64,000 nt of DNA from Minisyncoccota bacterium (GTDB lineage Bacteria; Patescibacteriota; Minisyncoccia; Phycocordibacterales; UBA12088). The stretch spans positions 2,004-66,003 of the forward strand of contig JAYRSE010000001.1 in assembly GCA_041920275.1 (NCBI GenBank), in the 5' to 3' direction. Made by a program: the position numbers and the translations under genes. The notes under the pieces were generated by a model. The model saw only the letters and a list, made by a program, of their open reading frames with translations, was not told where the DNA came from and searched no databases. Shown piece by piece: positions 47,181 through 57,422 of this stretch (position 1 is the stretch's first letter; each line of letters starts with the position of its first letter).

Positions 47181-48446
47181 ATGAAACTGCGATACGGTGA
47201 AGTGTTTCGGTCGTTGCATCTTTCGAACGAAGTGTTACGTACGGTAGTGGTCGCCACCGCGACCTCTGCGGCGTTTGTGCTTCTCGTGGCGGGTTTTGCG
47301 TATCGGTACCGCTTCGAGTTGTTCCCGGATATGGCGGCAGGTGTGGGCGAGCGATCGGTCTCTGAAATGGAGGCGTATACTCGTGCGACTGAGCCGATAG
47401 TCGACGTGGTGGCGCGAGCGAGCGATGCGGTGGTGTCGGTCGTTATCACCAAGGACATACCCGTACTGGAGCGATATTACGAACGCGTCAATCCGTTCGA
47501 GGACTTTGGTTTTTTCGGCGGTGGGTTCGAAGTGCCTCGTGTGCGCCAATTGGGTACCGAGGAGCGCGAGGTGGGTGGCGGCACCGGTTTCTTCGTGTCG
47601 GATGACGGCCTGTTGGTTACCAACCGTCATGTCGTCGAAGATGAAGAAGCTCGGTACAGTATCGTCACGAATGCGGGAACGCATTACGAAGCGGAAGTGT
47701 TGGTGCGTGACACGCGTTTGGACATCGCGATACTGCGTGTGGAAGATGTTCCGAAGGAGGAGTATTCGCCCCTTGTGTTCGGCGATTCGAGCGCGCTCCT
47801 TCCGGGGCAAACCGTGATCGCGATCGGGAACGCACTTACGGAGTTTCGTAATTCGGTGTCGGTAGGGGTCGTCTCCGGGCTTTCACGAACGATCACGGCG
47901 GGGGATCGCTACGGCGGCCGTACCGAGCGTCTCGACGGTGTCATCCAAACCGATGCGGCGATAAACCCGGGTAACAGCGGTGGGCCGCTTCTCGACCTTA
48001 CCGGTGCGGTCGTGGGTGTCAATGTGGCCGTTGCGGGAGGTGCGGAGAACATCGGTTTCGCGATCCCCGCACAGGTGGTCGCAAGCGCGGTCGCGTCGGT
48101 GCAAGAGCATGGTGAGATCCGTAGACCGTATCTCGGTGTTCGGTATATTGAACTCTCCGATACGATCGCGCGAAACAATGAGTTGCCGGTCTCCTACGGC
48201 GCATGGTTGAAAGGAGGTGTTGACGGTCCGGCGATCATCAAGGACTCGCCGGCGGCTCGTGCCGGGCTGGTCGAGAACGACATCATTGTTTCTTTTGGCG
48301 GGGTCTCGCTCGAAAAGAGGTCGCTCGCCGCGTCGGTGCAAGAGCATGCGGTGGGCGAACGTGTCAAGGTGGAATACCTGCGAGAGGGTGAGCGGCACAC
48401 CGCCGAAGTCGCTCTTGAACGTATGCCGGAGGGGCAGGGCGAGTAG
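47181..48446 (+). CDS. htrA: HtrA/DegP-like serine protease with PDZ domain
   Basis: TNRHVV, DIA, QTDAAINPGNSGGPL, SPAARAGL. Confidence 0.92.
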   Translation: MKLRYGEVFRSLHLSNEVLRTVVVATATSAAFVLLVAGFAYRYRFELFPDMAAGVGERSVSEMEAYTRATEPIVDVVARASDAVVSVVITKDIPVLERYYERVNPFEDFGFFGGGFEVPRVRQLGTEEREVGGGTGFFVSDDGLLVTNRHVVEDEEARYSIVTNAGTHYEAEVLVRDTRLDIAILRVEDVPKEEYSPLVFGDSSALLPGQTVIAIGNALTEFRNSVSVGVVSGLSRTITAGDRYGGRTERLDGVIQTDAAINPGNSGGPLLDLTGAVVGVNVAVAGGAENIGFAIPAQVVASAVASVQEHGEIRRPYLGVRYIELSDTIARNNELPVSYGAWLKGGVDGPAIIKDSPAARAGLVENDIIVSFGGVSLEKRSLAASVQEHAVGERVKVEYLREGERHTAEVALERMPEGQGE

Positions 48447-48471
48447 TGTCGATCGCCGATCTCGGAAGCTT

Positions 48472-49125
48472 TCAAATGGTGCGTCCTCGCAGTGCGTTTC
48501 TCATGGTTTCGGCATCGACATACTCGAGTTCCGTGCCGGTCGATAGGCCGCGCCCGAGGACGGTGACCCGTATATTGTGAGAACGTATGAGCGGCGTAAG
48601 ACGTTCTTTCAGATATTGCGCGGTGTCTTCACCTTCCGTTGTGGCCGAGAGTGCGAATATGACCTCCGAAATCGTTCCCCCATCCTTCTCACCTCGTGCC
48701 CCGTCTCGATCTGTCGCAGTGTTCCGTATGCGTTGCTCGAGGTCTCGGATTCGGATCTTCGCTTCGGGATCCTTGTCGAGCGCACTTACGGTCCCGCCGA
48801 GTACGAAGTACAAACCTCGGTACACACCGGTGCGTTCGATGTTCTCAAGATCGACGTCCTTTTCCACGAGCATGAGCGTATTCGTTTCGCGTGTCGTGTT
48901 CATACATATCGGACATTCCGTATGTCCGGAAGATGGGAACATGCGCATGCAGCGCGAGCAGAGTGCCACTTCCGAACGGGCGCGCACGATGGTCTGTGCG
49001 AGCGATTGCACCCAGGGTCGTTCTTTGCGTACGATGAAAAGCGCCAAGCGTCTCGCCTGACGTGGACCGATGCCGGGCAGCCCGCGCAACATTTCGGTGA
49101 GTTCGTCCAATGTGTTGGCTGCCAT
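48472..49125 (-). CDS. recR: recombination protein RecR
   Basis: LPGIGPRQARRLA, CxxC..CxxC, Toprim, G.ELEYVD. Confidence 0.95.
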   Translation of the reverse strand: MAANTLDELTEMLRGLPGIGPRQARRLALFIVRKERPWVQSLAQTIVRARSEVALCSRCMRMFPSSGHTECPICMNTTRETNTLMLVEKDVDLENIERTGVYRGLYFVLGGTVSALDKDPEAKIRIRDLEQRIRNTATDRDGARGEKDGGTISEVIFALSATTEGEDTAQYLKERLTPLIRSHNIRVTVLGRGLSTGTELEYVDAETMRNALRGRTI

Positions 49126-49156
49126 ACGATGTTCTTGTCGACCCGATCCGATGATC

Positions 49157-50551
49157 TCACCATTCCTCGTCCGCGCCGCCCGCGGTCGATGTTTCTTCGA
49201 AACCGGCCATGTGTGACTTGTCGATCGAGAGGTAACTTGTTTTCTTTGCGTCGAAATACAGGTCGATCTTTCCTACCGGACCGTTTCGATGTTTCTCGAC
49301 CAAGATCTCGGTCATGTTGTTACGTTCGTTCGGGTCCGCGTTCTTATCTTCGCGATGAATGAACATCACCACGTCGGCGTCTTGTTCGATGGAACCCGAA
49401 TCACGAAGGTCCGAGAGACGCGGCTTGCCACCACGTTGCTCGACAGCGCGTGAAAGCTGTGAGAGGGCGAGTACCGGCACATCGAGTTCGCGTGCAAGCC
49501 CCTTGAGCGAGCGTGAGATCTCCGTCACCTGCTGGACGGTCGAATCGGCGGAATGTTTACCGGTGGGGCTCATGAGTTGCAGATAGTCTACGATGATGAG
49601 CCCGAGTCCATGCTCGCGCTTCATGCGTCGTGCGACGGAGCGCATCGAGAGTATGTTGTTGCCGGGTTTGTCGTCCATATAGATCGGAGCGGTGGATAAT
49701 CGATCGATCGCTTCTCGCACTTGTTCGAATTCGGTGTCCGTGGTCAGGTTTCCGGTACGCAATTTCCATGCATCGACCCGCGCTTCGCTTGCCAACATAC
49801 GGTCGACCAACTGTTGCGAGCTCATCTCGAGCGAAAAGATGCCCACGGCCGTGCCGTGCTGGATCGATGTTTGTCGCGCGATGTCGAGTGCAAGGGCGGT
49901 CTTTCCGACCGATGGACGTGCCGCAAGGATGATAAGGTCGGACCGTTGCAACCCCGCAAGTAGGTTGTCGAGCGAGGGGAAACCGGTGGGAATCCCGCGC
50001 ATCTCATCTTTCGATTTTTGGAGCGTCTCAAAACGATCCCATGCCGATACCAGTTCGTCACGCATGGCGACGAATTTGTGAAGTGAAGGAGTGTTGGTGA
50101 TCTCCATCAAGCGTTTTTCCGCGGAGTCGAGGACATCTTCGAGCTCTCTGCTTTCATCGAAACCGAGCTCCGCGATGAATTCCGCCCCTTCGATGAGCGC
50201 TCGCAAGGTCGCGGTCTTGCCGACCAATCGCGCGTAGTGGTATGCGTTCGCGCTCGCGGGGACGGTGTTCGCAAGGTCGGCAAGGTATGTTCTTCCTCCT
50301 ATACGTTCGAGGTCCTTGGTGGCCTTGAGACGCTCCGAGACCGAAAGTACGTCGATGGGGTCGCTTTTTACAAAAAGGTCTCGGATCGCAGCGAAGATCG
50401 TTCGATGCTTTTCGACATAGAAACTATCGGAAGAGACGATATCGGAGACGTCATACATGCAGTCCGGCTTGAGCATGATCGCGCCCAGTAGACCCTTTTC
50501 GGCATCGATCGCTTGAGGTGGAATGCGGACATGTCCGAGCGAGTTCGACAT
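49157..50551 (-). CDS. dnaB: replicative DNA helicase
   Basis: AARPSVGKT, SLEMS, DYLQL, DLRDSGSIEQDAD, KHRNGP. Confidence 0.98.
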   Translation of the reverse strand: MSNSLGHVRIPPQAIDAEKGLLGAIMLKPDCMYDVSDIVSSDSFYVEKHRTIFAAIRDLFVKSDPIDVLSVSERLKATKDLERIGGRTYLADLANTVPASANAYHYARLVGKTATLRALIEGAEFIAELGFDESRELEDVLDSAEKRLMEITNTPSLHKFVAMRDELVSAWDRFETLQKSKDEMRGIPTGFPSLDNLLAGLQRSDLIILAARPSVGKTALALDIARQTSIQHGTAVGIFSLEMSSQQLVDRMLASEARVDAWKLRTGNLTTDTEFEQVREAIDRLSTAPIYMDDKPGNNILSMRSVARRMKREHGLGLIIVDYLQLMSPTGKHSADSTVQQVTEISRSLKGLARELDVPVLALSQLSRAVEQRGGKPRLSDLRDSGSIEQDADVVMFIHREDKNADPNERNNMTEILVEKHRNGPVGKIDLYFDAKKTSYLSIDKSHMAGFEETSTAGGADEEW

Positions 50552-50671
50552 AGTTGGTACATTGTATCACCTTCGGACGGTTCGCGTATTTTGACAAAAG
50601 TGTGGACACGGTGCACTAACGGGGGATATCACGAAAGGACCATTTCGCGCACATCTCGAAAAGGCCGCTTC

Positions 50672-50745
50672 GTCAACGCTGTGTTGTTGAGAGACCGCTC
50701 CTGGGCGTTTTTCCAAGTCGCAGTCTCTCGCCCGAACATGTTGAC
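50672..50745. repeat. degenerate copy D of the palindromic element
   Basis: GTCAAC..GAGAGAC-CGCTCCTGGGCG...-GTCTCTC..GTTGAC; core resembles copies A-C, TIRs not evident. Confidence 0.5.
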
Positions 50746-50865
50746 TTTCGCCACGGTTTCCCTTAACAGAGTATGAGGTGGGTGTGGCAGTTGCCCCGGG
50801 GGACCGGCTCGGGCGATCGATCGTTTCGGTTCTCATGCGCGTTCATTGTGTGATACTATGAACTC

Positions 50866-51531
50866 ATGACCGCACACCACGCTGTTGTCTATGAGGGGGA
50901 CCGCTCTGCGGGATCACAGGTCGCACGATCGTACATAGAGGATGTCCTTGGCGTCAGATATCGGTCCAATCCGGACGTCTGCATCATCGAAGGTGAACAG
51001 TGTACGATACATGATGTGCGCGCACTCAAAGATCGTGCGTATCGTCATGCGTTCGGTGTCGTGCAGGTATTCATCATTGCGTTCGATCGCTTCACGGTGC
51101 AGGCTCAGAACGCATTGTTGAAACTTCTCGAGGAACCGGCTTCGAATACTCATGTGGTGCTTCTCATACCCACGCTCGAGCATTTCATTCCGACCGTGCG
51201 GTCGCGTTTGGAATACGGTGGTGCTGTGCGAGCGGAACACCCCCCCGAACTGCCGTTTGCGCGTGATTTTTTGCGCGCATCCCCCGAAGAGCGCATCGCT
51301 CTCTTGGGTCCTCTTACCAAAAGTGTTCCCGATGCGGAAAAGCCTGCAGCACGGTCTCGCGCGTCTCGGATACTGGATGCGCTTGAGTCATCGCTTGAGG
51401 CATATGGTCCGAGAACACATGCGGATTCGTTACGTGAGGTGTTGTTCGTTCGTCGATACCTTGTCGACACGAGCAGCTCTCTCAAGATGCTGTTCGAACA
51501 CCTTGCGATCACGTTAGATCGTGTCGCATGA
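50866..51531 (+). CDS. holB: DNA polymerase III delta' subunit (short form)
   Basis: NPDV, AQNALLKLLEEP, PTVRSR. Confidence 0.88.
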   Translation: MTAHHAVVYEGDRSAGSQVARSYIEDVLGVRYRSNPDVCIIEGEQCTIHDVRALKDRAYRHAFGVVQVFIIAFDRFTVQAQNALLKLLEEPASNTHVVLLIPTLEHFIPTVRSRLEYGGAVRAEHPPELPFARDFLRASPEERIALLGPLTKSVPDAEKPAARSRASRILDALESSLEAYGPRTHADSLREVLFVRRYLVDTSSSLKMLFEHLAITLDRVA

Positions 51532-51617
51532 ACGGTTTTTCGCACGTGATCGCTTTGGAGTCCGGTGGCACCTTGCGGTATCATGCGAGTGTGTTACCCG
51601 TATAACGGTATATATCT

Positions 51618-52073
51618 ATGCACACAAGATCAATCATCATCGCGGTGCTTTTACTCATCATCTTCGCACTCTCGGTCAATTTGGCGGTCAGGGGTCGCAA
51701 CTCGGAGACCGCTCGTTCGCTCGCCGGGTCGTTCGAGGAATGTGCGCGGCAAGGGAATCCTGTTGCGGAATCATATCCGCGACAATGCACGGATGCGGGT
51801 GGAGCAGTGCATGTGGAACCGTCGTTGGTTGCTGAGCCGGTGGTCGATTTTGGTGATCCACGTTTGACCGTCGCATCCGCACGAGACATGGCTCTCGAGG
51901 CATCTGTATGCACTCGTGAAGGGACGGTTGGTGATTTCGAGACGTTCGATTTCGAGACCGGTGCGTGGCGTTTCTCCATCAAAGGATCCGTTCGAGAATT
52001 TTGCTCGCCCGCATGTGTGGTGTATGACGGAACGGGAAGTGTGGAGTTCGAGTGGCGTTGCGAGGATGAGTAG
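51618..52073 (+). CDS. membrane-anchored Cys-rich hypothetical protein
   Basis: N-terminal TM; SFEEC..GNPV.ESYPRQC and C.PACVV..EWRC. Confidence 0.7.
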   Translation: MHTRSIIIAVLLLIIFALSVNLAVRGRNSETARSLAGSFEECARQGNPVAESYPRQCTDAGGAVHVEPSLVAEPVVDFGDPRLTVASARDMALEASVCTREGTVGDFETFDFETGAWRFSIKGSVREFCSPACVVYDGTGSVEFEWRCEDE

Positions 52074-52234
52074 ACAAACGGTGTCGGAGTTGATGCGGAC
52101 ACTTTCCGAGTCGGGGATATTGGGATATACTTTCACATACTCTGTCATCGGTTCGTGTGCGGGAGGCGTAAGTGAGGGAATGCGCACGGACATGAGGAAC
52201 TTACCAGGTTCGTCGGCGCTGTTCACACATCACC

Positions 52235-52783
52235 ATGTACAATTTCACTACATTCGAACAATCGCTTAGGTCGGTGCAGGAACGTTTTCGTCAAGAGCTT
52301 GCCACGATACGTACCGGTCAGGCGGCACCGTCCATATTGGATCGTGTTCGTGTCGATGCGTACGGTACGCAGGTGCCCATTCAGCAAGTGGGGAGTATCA
52401 CGATCGAGGATGCTCGGACGCTGCGGGTCTCAGCATGGGATCGCGCGCAGGTTCGCGCGCTTGAAGTGGCGATACGGGAAGCGGACCTTGGGGTTTCCGT
52501 TTCCGCAGATGAGAAAGGGGTGCGGGTCTGTTTTCCCGAGCTTACGAGCGATCGACGCACACAACTCACCAAGCTTGCCCGCTCGAAACTCGAAGAAGCG
52601 CGCACCGGTGTTCGTCAGGCGCGCGACCATGTGTGGCAGGACATTCAAAAGATGGAAAAAGACAAACTTCTCTCAGAAGACGATAAATTTCGCGCAAAGG
52701 AGGACATGGAACGACGGGTGCGTGAATCGAATGACGTGCTTGAGAGCATGATGCGCACCAAGGAGGAAGAACTTGAAGCGTAG
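52235..52783 (+). CDS. frr: ribosome recycling factor
   Basis: IRTGQA, V.VDAYG, PELTSDRR, SEDD. Confidence 0.96.
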   Translation: MYNFTTFEQSLRSVQERFRQELATIRTGQAAPSILDRVRVDAYGTQVPIQQVGSITIEDARTLRVSAWDRAQVRALEVAIREADLGVSVSADEKGVRVCFPELTSDRRTQLTKLARSKLEEARTGVRQARDHVWQDIQKMEKDKLLSEDDKFRAKEDMERRVRESNDVLESMMRTKEEELEA

Positions 52784-52843
52784 TCTCTGCCGACACTCAG
52801 CCCCTCGTACACCGTTCGATTACTTTTCACACCCATACCGATC

Positions 52844-53968
52844 ATGAGCATACTCATATTCATTGCCGTCCTTGTTGTTCTCATTCTCGTTCACGAGCTC
52901 GGACATTTTGCGGTCGCCAAGTGGTTCGGGATCAGGGTCGATGAATTCGGTATCGGTTTTCCTCCAAAGGTGTGGGGGAAGAAGTACGGTGAGACCGAGT
53001 ATACCCTGAATGCATTGCCGATCGGCGGTTTCGTTCGCATTTGGGGTGAAGATCCGACGCAGGAACACTACGAAAACGGTCCCGAAAGTGAGCGAAGTTT
53101 CGTAAAGAAACCTCGGTATGTCCAAGCGTTGGTACTGGTCGCCGGTGTCGGCATGAACTTCCTGCTCGCATTCGTGCTCTATACGATGACCTTCATGCTC
53201 GGCATGCCGACCGCCATCGATGAGAGTGAGGTCGGTCTATCGACATCCGAAACGCGATTGCTCGTCGAGGGTACGGTGCCGGACAGCCCGGCCGCCGATG
53301 CTCTGAAGTATAACGACGAGATCCTGAAGCTTTCTTCCGGTAGCGAAGTGCTTGGAGCAGGTGAGGCGATCGTTCCAAGTGCCGTGATCGGTTTCGTGCA
53401 AGAGCATGCCGGTCAACCGATCGTGTTTAAAGTCTTGCGCGGCGGCGAGGAGGTTATGGTCGAACTTACATCTCGTGCGGGACTTGATCCCGAGGATCCC
53501 GAAAAGGAGCTCGTTGGAGTGCAAATGCAATTGGTGGGCACGCTTGCGTCCGGTCCGTTCGAATCGATCAAGAAGGGGATGGTCCATACCTACGACAGCC
53601 TGCTTCGGGTGTCTTCCGGACTCGGTCATTTCTTCATGCAGGCGATCCGTGGCGATGCGGATCTTGACCAGGTGGCAGGCCCCGTCGGTATGGCGGGCAT
53701 GGTTGGTGAGCAGGCGTCGCGTGGCTTTACTTGGCTCCTTGCGTTCGCTGCGCTGATCTCGCTCAATCTTGCAGTGATCAACCTTTTGCCGATACCGGCA
53801 CTCGATGGTGGTCGTCTGCTTTTTGTACTCATCGAAGCGATCACACGGCGACCCATCAAGCCGGCGTTTGCGGTGCGTGCGAACCAACTTGGATTCTTGG
53901 CGCTTCTGGCACTCATGGCGGTCGTGACCTTGAGCGATCTTTTCAAATTGTTCGGAACGTCGCAGTAA
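52844..53968 (+). CDS. rseP: RseP-like M50 intramembrane metalloprotease
   Basis: HELGH, PIGGFV, NLLPIPALDGG. Confidence 0.93.
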   Translation: MSILIFIAVLVVLILVHELGHFAVAKWFGIRVDEFGIGFPPKVWGKKYGETEYTLNALPIGGFVRIWGEDPTQEHYENGPESERSFVKKPRYVQALVLVAGVGMNFLLAFVLYTMTFMLGMPTAIDESEVGLSTSETRLLVEGTVPDSPAADALKYNDEILKLSSGSEVLGAGEAIVPSAVIGFVQEHAGQPIVFKVLRGGEEVMVELTSRAGLDPEDPEKELVGVQMQLVGTLASGPFESIKKGMVHTYDSLLRVSSGLGHFFMQAIRGDADLDQVAGPVGMAGMVGEQASRGFTWLLAFAALISLNLAVINLLPIPALDGGRLLFVLIEAITRRPIKPAFAVRANQLGFLALLALMAVVTLSDLFKLFGTSQ

Positions 53969-53981
53969 TGAATCGGGACGG

Positions 53982-54863
53982 TCAATTTCCCGTACCAAGA
54001 AGGAACGCCTCGTAGGACATCTCTTTTTTCCCCTCAGGGATCACCCTCGTTATCTCGAACAAGTCGTTCCGATACACGGCATCTGTGATCTTGACCCGTA
54101 TCGCCGAACCCGTATCGGTGCGGGTGTGATAGTAGAATGTTCCAGGCCATCCATCCATGGCGCAAAATCGCAGGTACTGTCGGTATGCCGTTTGTGTTCT
54201 GTCGAGTTCTCCATCTTCTTTTTTAAATTTCTTCGTGAAGGTCGCGTGTGTATGATCTTGCTCGTGTGGTGTGATCGAACCTGTCATCCAAAGGGGAATC
54301 ACCTCGGCAAGCAGACGTCCGCCCTCGCGAAAGAGTATCTCATCAAGGATGTTTCCGCGCACCGGCCACTCCGGCAGTTCCACGGTCGCCTGAGCGACCA
54401 AGGGACCGTGGTCCACTTTTTCGTCAAGCTGTATGATCGATACACCCACCGCATCCCGCGCGTCGTCAAGGATCGCGCTTCGTACGGGCGATGGCCCGCG
54501 ATACTTCGGGAGCAGGGAAGGATGCACGTTCAGTACCCCGTATTGCGGGTGAGCGAGTGCCCACCCGGGGAGAATGATGTTGTACGCTGCCACAATGAAT
54601 AGATCAAAAGGAGTGTTCGCGAGTTCTGGAAGCGTGCTCGGATCTTTGAGCGATGCGGTCTGCAGTACCGGTATACCCGCACGGTCCGCCCATGTTTTGA
54701 CCGGCGGAGGAGTGAGTGAGAGGCGCCGCCCGGCCGGCATATCCGGTGCGGTCACAATGAGGTCGGGAACGAAACCACGTTCGCGCAATTCGTCAAGTAC
54801 CCACACAGCGAGCGTCGGTGTGCCAAAAAAAACGGTTCCTTGATTCGCATTTCGCATGGCCAT
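53982..54863 (-). CDS. fmt: methionyl-tRNA formyltransferase
   Basis: FFGTP, NVHPSLLPKYRGPSP, VDHGP. Confidence 0.95.
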   Translation of the reverse strand: MAMRNANQGTVFFGTPTLAVWVLDELRERGFVPDLIVTAPDMPAGRRLSLTPPPVKTWADRAGIPVLQTASLKDPSTLPELANTPFDLFIVAAYNIILPGWALAHPQYGVLNVHPSLLPKYRGPSPVRSAILDDARDAVGVSIIQLDEKVDHGPLVAQATVELPEWPVRGNILDEILFREGGRLLAEVIPLWMTGSITPHEQDHTHATFTKKFKKEDGELDRTQTAYRQYLRFCAMDGWPGTFYYHTRTDTGSAIRVKITDAVYRNDLFEITRVIPEGKKEMSYEAFLLGTGN

Positions 54864-54876
54864 ATCCTTCGGTTCA

Positions 54877-55404
54877 TCATGCACTTTGAACCCCGTCGTG
54901 TTTCTTTGTGACAACATCCCACAGTTCGCCGGCACTGTCGATGAAAAGCACCCCATCGAGATGATCGGTCTCGTGTTGGAACGCTTGAGCCATGAGTCCA
55001 CCAGCACCGCGGACGAACTTGACTCCGTGCTCATCGTACGCCTCTATGGTCACGTTCGTCGAACGTATGATAGTGCCGTACTTTCCGCGCACCGAAAGGC
55101 ATCCCTCGTCGACACGGTGTTTCCGCTTCGAACGTTTGATGATGTTGGGGTTGATGAACACAAAGTGTTCGTCCGCGTTCTCGACCCCGTCTTTCGGGGC
55201 GAACACTTTACGAGAGAGTATGAAGATTCGGAGTGGTATGCCGATCTGTGGCGCCGCGAGCGCCGCACCGTCCGGCTCAGCGTTCAACGCCTGTTCCATG
55301 TCATGCAAGATCGTCCGAACGCGTTGTCCGGAGATCTCACTGATCGGTACCTCCTCGGCACGCTTTCTCAGTACCGTTTCTCCCACTTGTACGATTGTGC
55401 GCAT
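54877..55404 (-). CDS. def: peptide deformylase
   Basis: GAALAAPQIG, EGCLS, QHETDHL. Confidence 0.96.
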   Translation of the reverse strand: MRTIVQVGETVLRKRAEEVPISEISGQRVRTILHDMEQALNAEPDGAALAAPQIGIPLRIFILSRKVFAPKDGVENADEHFVFINPNIIKRSKRKHRVDEGCLSVRGKYGTIIRSTNVTIEAYDEHGVKFVRGAGGLMAQAFQHETDHLDGVLFIDSAGELWDVVTKKHDGVQSA

Positions 55405-55469
55405 GGATTGCACTATAACAAACATCAGGTGTCTTCTCCAGTGTCGGACGTTCCGGGACACGCGGGTCA

Positions 55470-57359
55470 TCAAAATACCCCGACGGGATTCACTGTGACC
55501 TGTACGATCGGTGGGAATGTTGAGAGTGTTTCAATGAGTCGCTTGTCCGGCCAGGAGGAGCGTCCGATGCGGAGGAACCCGTGCATTTGGATCTTTCCGC
55601 CTGTAACTTTGAGCACTTGCGGATAGATCGCGAATCGATGAACCGCGAGCCGCTCGCTTACTTGGTGCATGATGTCTCGAGTCTGGGATTCGGTCCCGGT
55701 GACGGTCAGTTTAATGAGTACGGTGTATGGGGGGTATCCCATGCGTTTCCGCATCGCAAGCTCGCTTCGGTAGAATCCGGAGAAGTTGCCGTTGAGCGCG
55801 AGAGAAAAAATGTTCGTATCAGGGTGGCGCGTCTGGAGTAAGAATGATCGGGTGGCCATCTCATGCAGGCGAGTCAGTGTGCCGGTGATGCGTTCGTATA
55901 TGTTCCAGTTCGCAAGCGAAAGAAGTGAGTCGAGCGAGACGACCGCCACCACGGGTACGCTGTGCCGTATGTAAGGGAGTGAAAGTTCGGTGCCGACAAG
56001 GATGGACGCGGGAGTGTTGGCGAAATCGTTCGCCGTGCACAATGCGTCACGGTGTGATGGTGCGGTATCGCTCGAGAGTTCGTATACCGTCGTGTTCGGA
56101 AGTCCCGCACGCACTTCTCGTACCACTTGCTCAATACCTATTCCGAGTGTCTCGAGTCGCCAGCTGGTGCAATGTGCGCATCGTTCACGCGCACTGCGGA
56201 CCGCCCCACAGCTGTGGCACATGAAGTGATTTCCCGTTTCTCCCGAGTGGAGTACTACGGATGCGCCACACTCAGCACAGGTCACCACGGTCCCGCAGTC
56301 GCCGCACAGAGTGACCGGCGATAATCCACGGCGCGCGACATAGAGGAACACTCGCTCGCCCTCTGCTATGGCGGATCCGATGTGTGTGCGGAGTTCGGCT
56401 CCAACGGCTCGGAAACGCTGCTTTGGGGGACGCGCGAGACCTGCCTGTGAAAGGATGCATGCCTCCGCGTTGAATCGGAATCGATGGTGTCCCGTCACCA
56501 CCTCTTCGTACTCCCCACACTCTTTGCGATACACGCTCTCAATCGAAAGCGGAAGGTCTGCGAGGTACATCTGTCCTCCGAGCGCGTTTGCGTATTCCAG
56601 GGCGAGCGTGCGTTGATCGATCACAGGGTGGTTGCGTGCGCGGTACATATCGCTCGCTTCGTGTTCGAGTGCGATGGCGCAAAGATCGTTCCGAGGCAAT
56701 CCCAAGAACGCCGGCGTCGTGACGAACAGGATCGGATGACTTTCCTCAAGTGCGGCACGCACCAGCTTCTTCTGTGTGGCGGCCGTGAAGCCGCTGTGTA
56801 ACAGAACGGCGTACCGTTCGATACCTCCACGGAGTGTTTCGTAAAGAGATTCCGCTTCTATGATGGTGGGCGCGACTATGGCGATCGAACCGCCGCTCGC
56901 GAACGCCTCACGGATGGTGCTTTTATAGAATTCACAACGGTGTTCGAACAATCCCTGGAATACACGCGGTACGATGTGGCCGCGCATTCGCGGCTTCGTT
57001 GGGCCGTTCGTATGTCCGACGCCGACAAGGTCGCGGAACACGTTCGGAACGTACCGGGCGAATAGTGCGGAGGGTGAGACCGCGTGTTGTTCCGCGGTCT
57101 TCAGTATCGCTTCGAAGTAGGCGGCCGTGAGCGATGCGTGCGGGGTTTGCTGACGGATCTTTCGTAGCGGATAGGAGGCGGCGCGTACCGAACTGCGCAC
57201 TTCACGAGCGTCTCGGACGTTCGAGACAATCGCCTGCACCTCCTTGGTGCGCATGGGTACGGAAACGATCGCGCCTATGGGATAAGAAACGGCGCTGAAA
57301 TAGGTACACGCGTGCGCGGTTCGACTCTGGGTAAGCGGTAGCACATCGACCGTGAACAT
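55470..57359 (-). CDS. priA: primosomal protein N' (PriA) with degenerate helicase motifs
   Basis: Four CxxC (CGDC, CAEC, CHSC, CAHC), GIGIE, GYPPY. Confidence 0.88.
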   Translation of the reverse strand: MFTVDVLPLTQSRTAHACTYFSAVSYPIGAIVSVPMRTKEVQAIVSNVRDAREVRSSVRAASYPLRKIRQQTPHASLTAAYFEAILKTAEQHAVSPSALFARYVPNVFRDLVGVGHTNGPTKPRMRGHIVPRVFQGLFEHRCEFYKSTIREAFASGGSIAIVAPTIIEAESLYETLRGGIERYAVLLHSGFTAATQKKLVRAALEESHPILFVTTPAFLGLPRNDLCAIALEHEASDMYRARNHPVIDQRTLALEYANALGGQMYLADLPLSIESVYRKECGEYEEVVTGHHRFRFNAEACILSQAGLARPPKQRFRAVGAELRTHIGSAIAEGERVFLYVARRGLSPVTLCGDCGTVVTCAECGASVVLHSGETGNHFMCHSCGAVRSARERCAHCTSWRLETLGIGIEQVVREVRAGLPNTTVYELSSDTAPSHRDALCTANDFANTPASILVGTELSLPYIRHSVPVVAVVSLDSLLSLANWNIYERITGTLTRLHEMATRSFLLQTRHPDTNIFSLALNGNFSGFYRSELAMRKRMGYPPYTVLIKLTVTGTESQTRDIMHQVSERLAVHRFAIYPQVLKVTGGKIQMHGFLRIGRSSWPDKRLIETLSTFPPIVQVTVNPVGVF

Positions 57360-57422
57360 GGCGGTCGTCATTGTACCATGCCGCGTGGTTTTCGGTAGGC
57401 ATGTAAGATCGTCGTGGTGACG

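Noticed and set aside
31943-50551. Inteins in V-ATPase A or DnaB
   Set aside because: Both are normal length with contiguous motifs.
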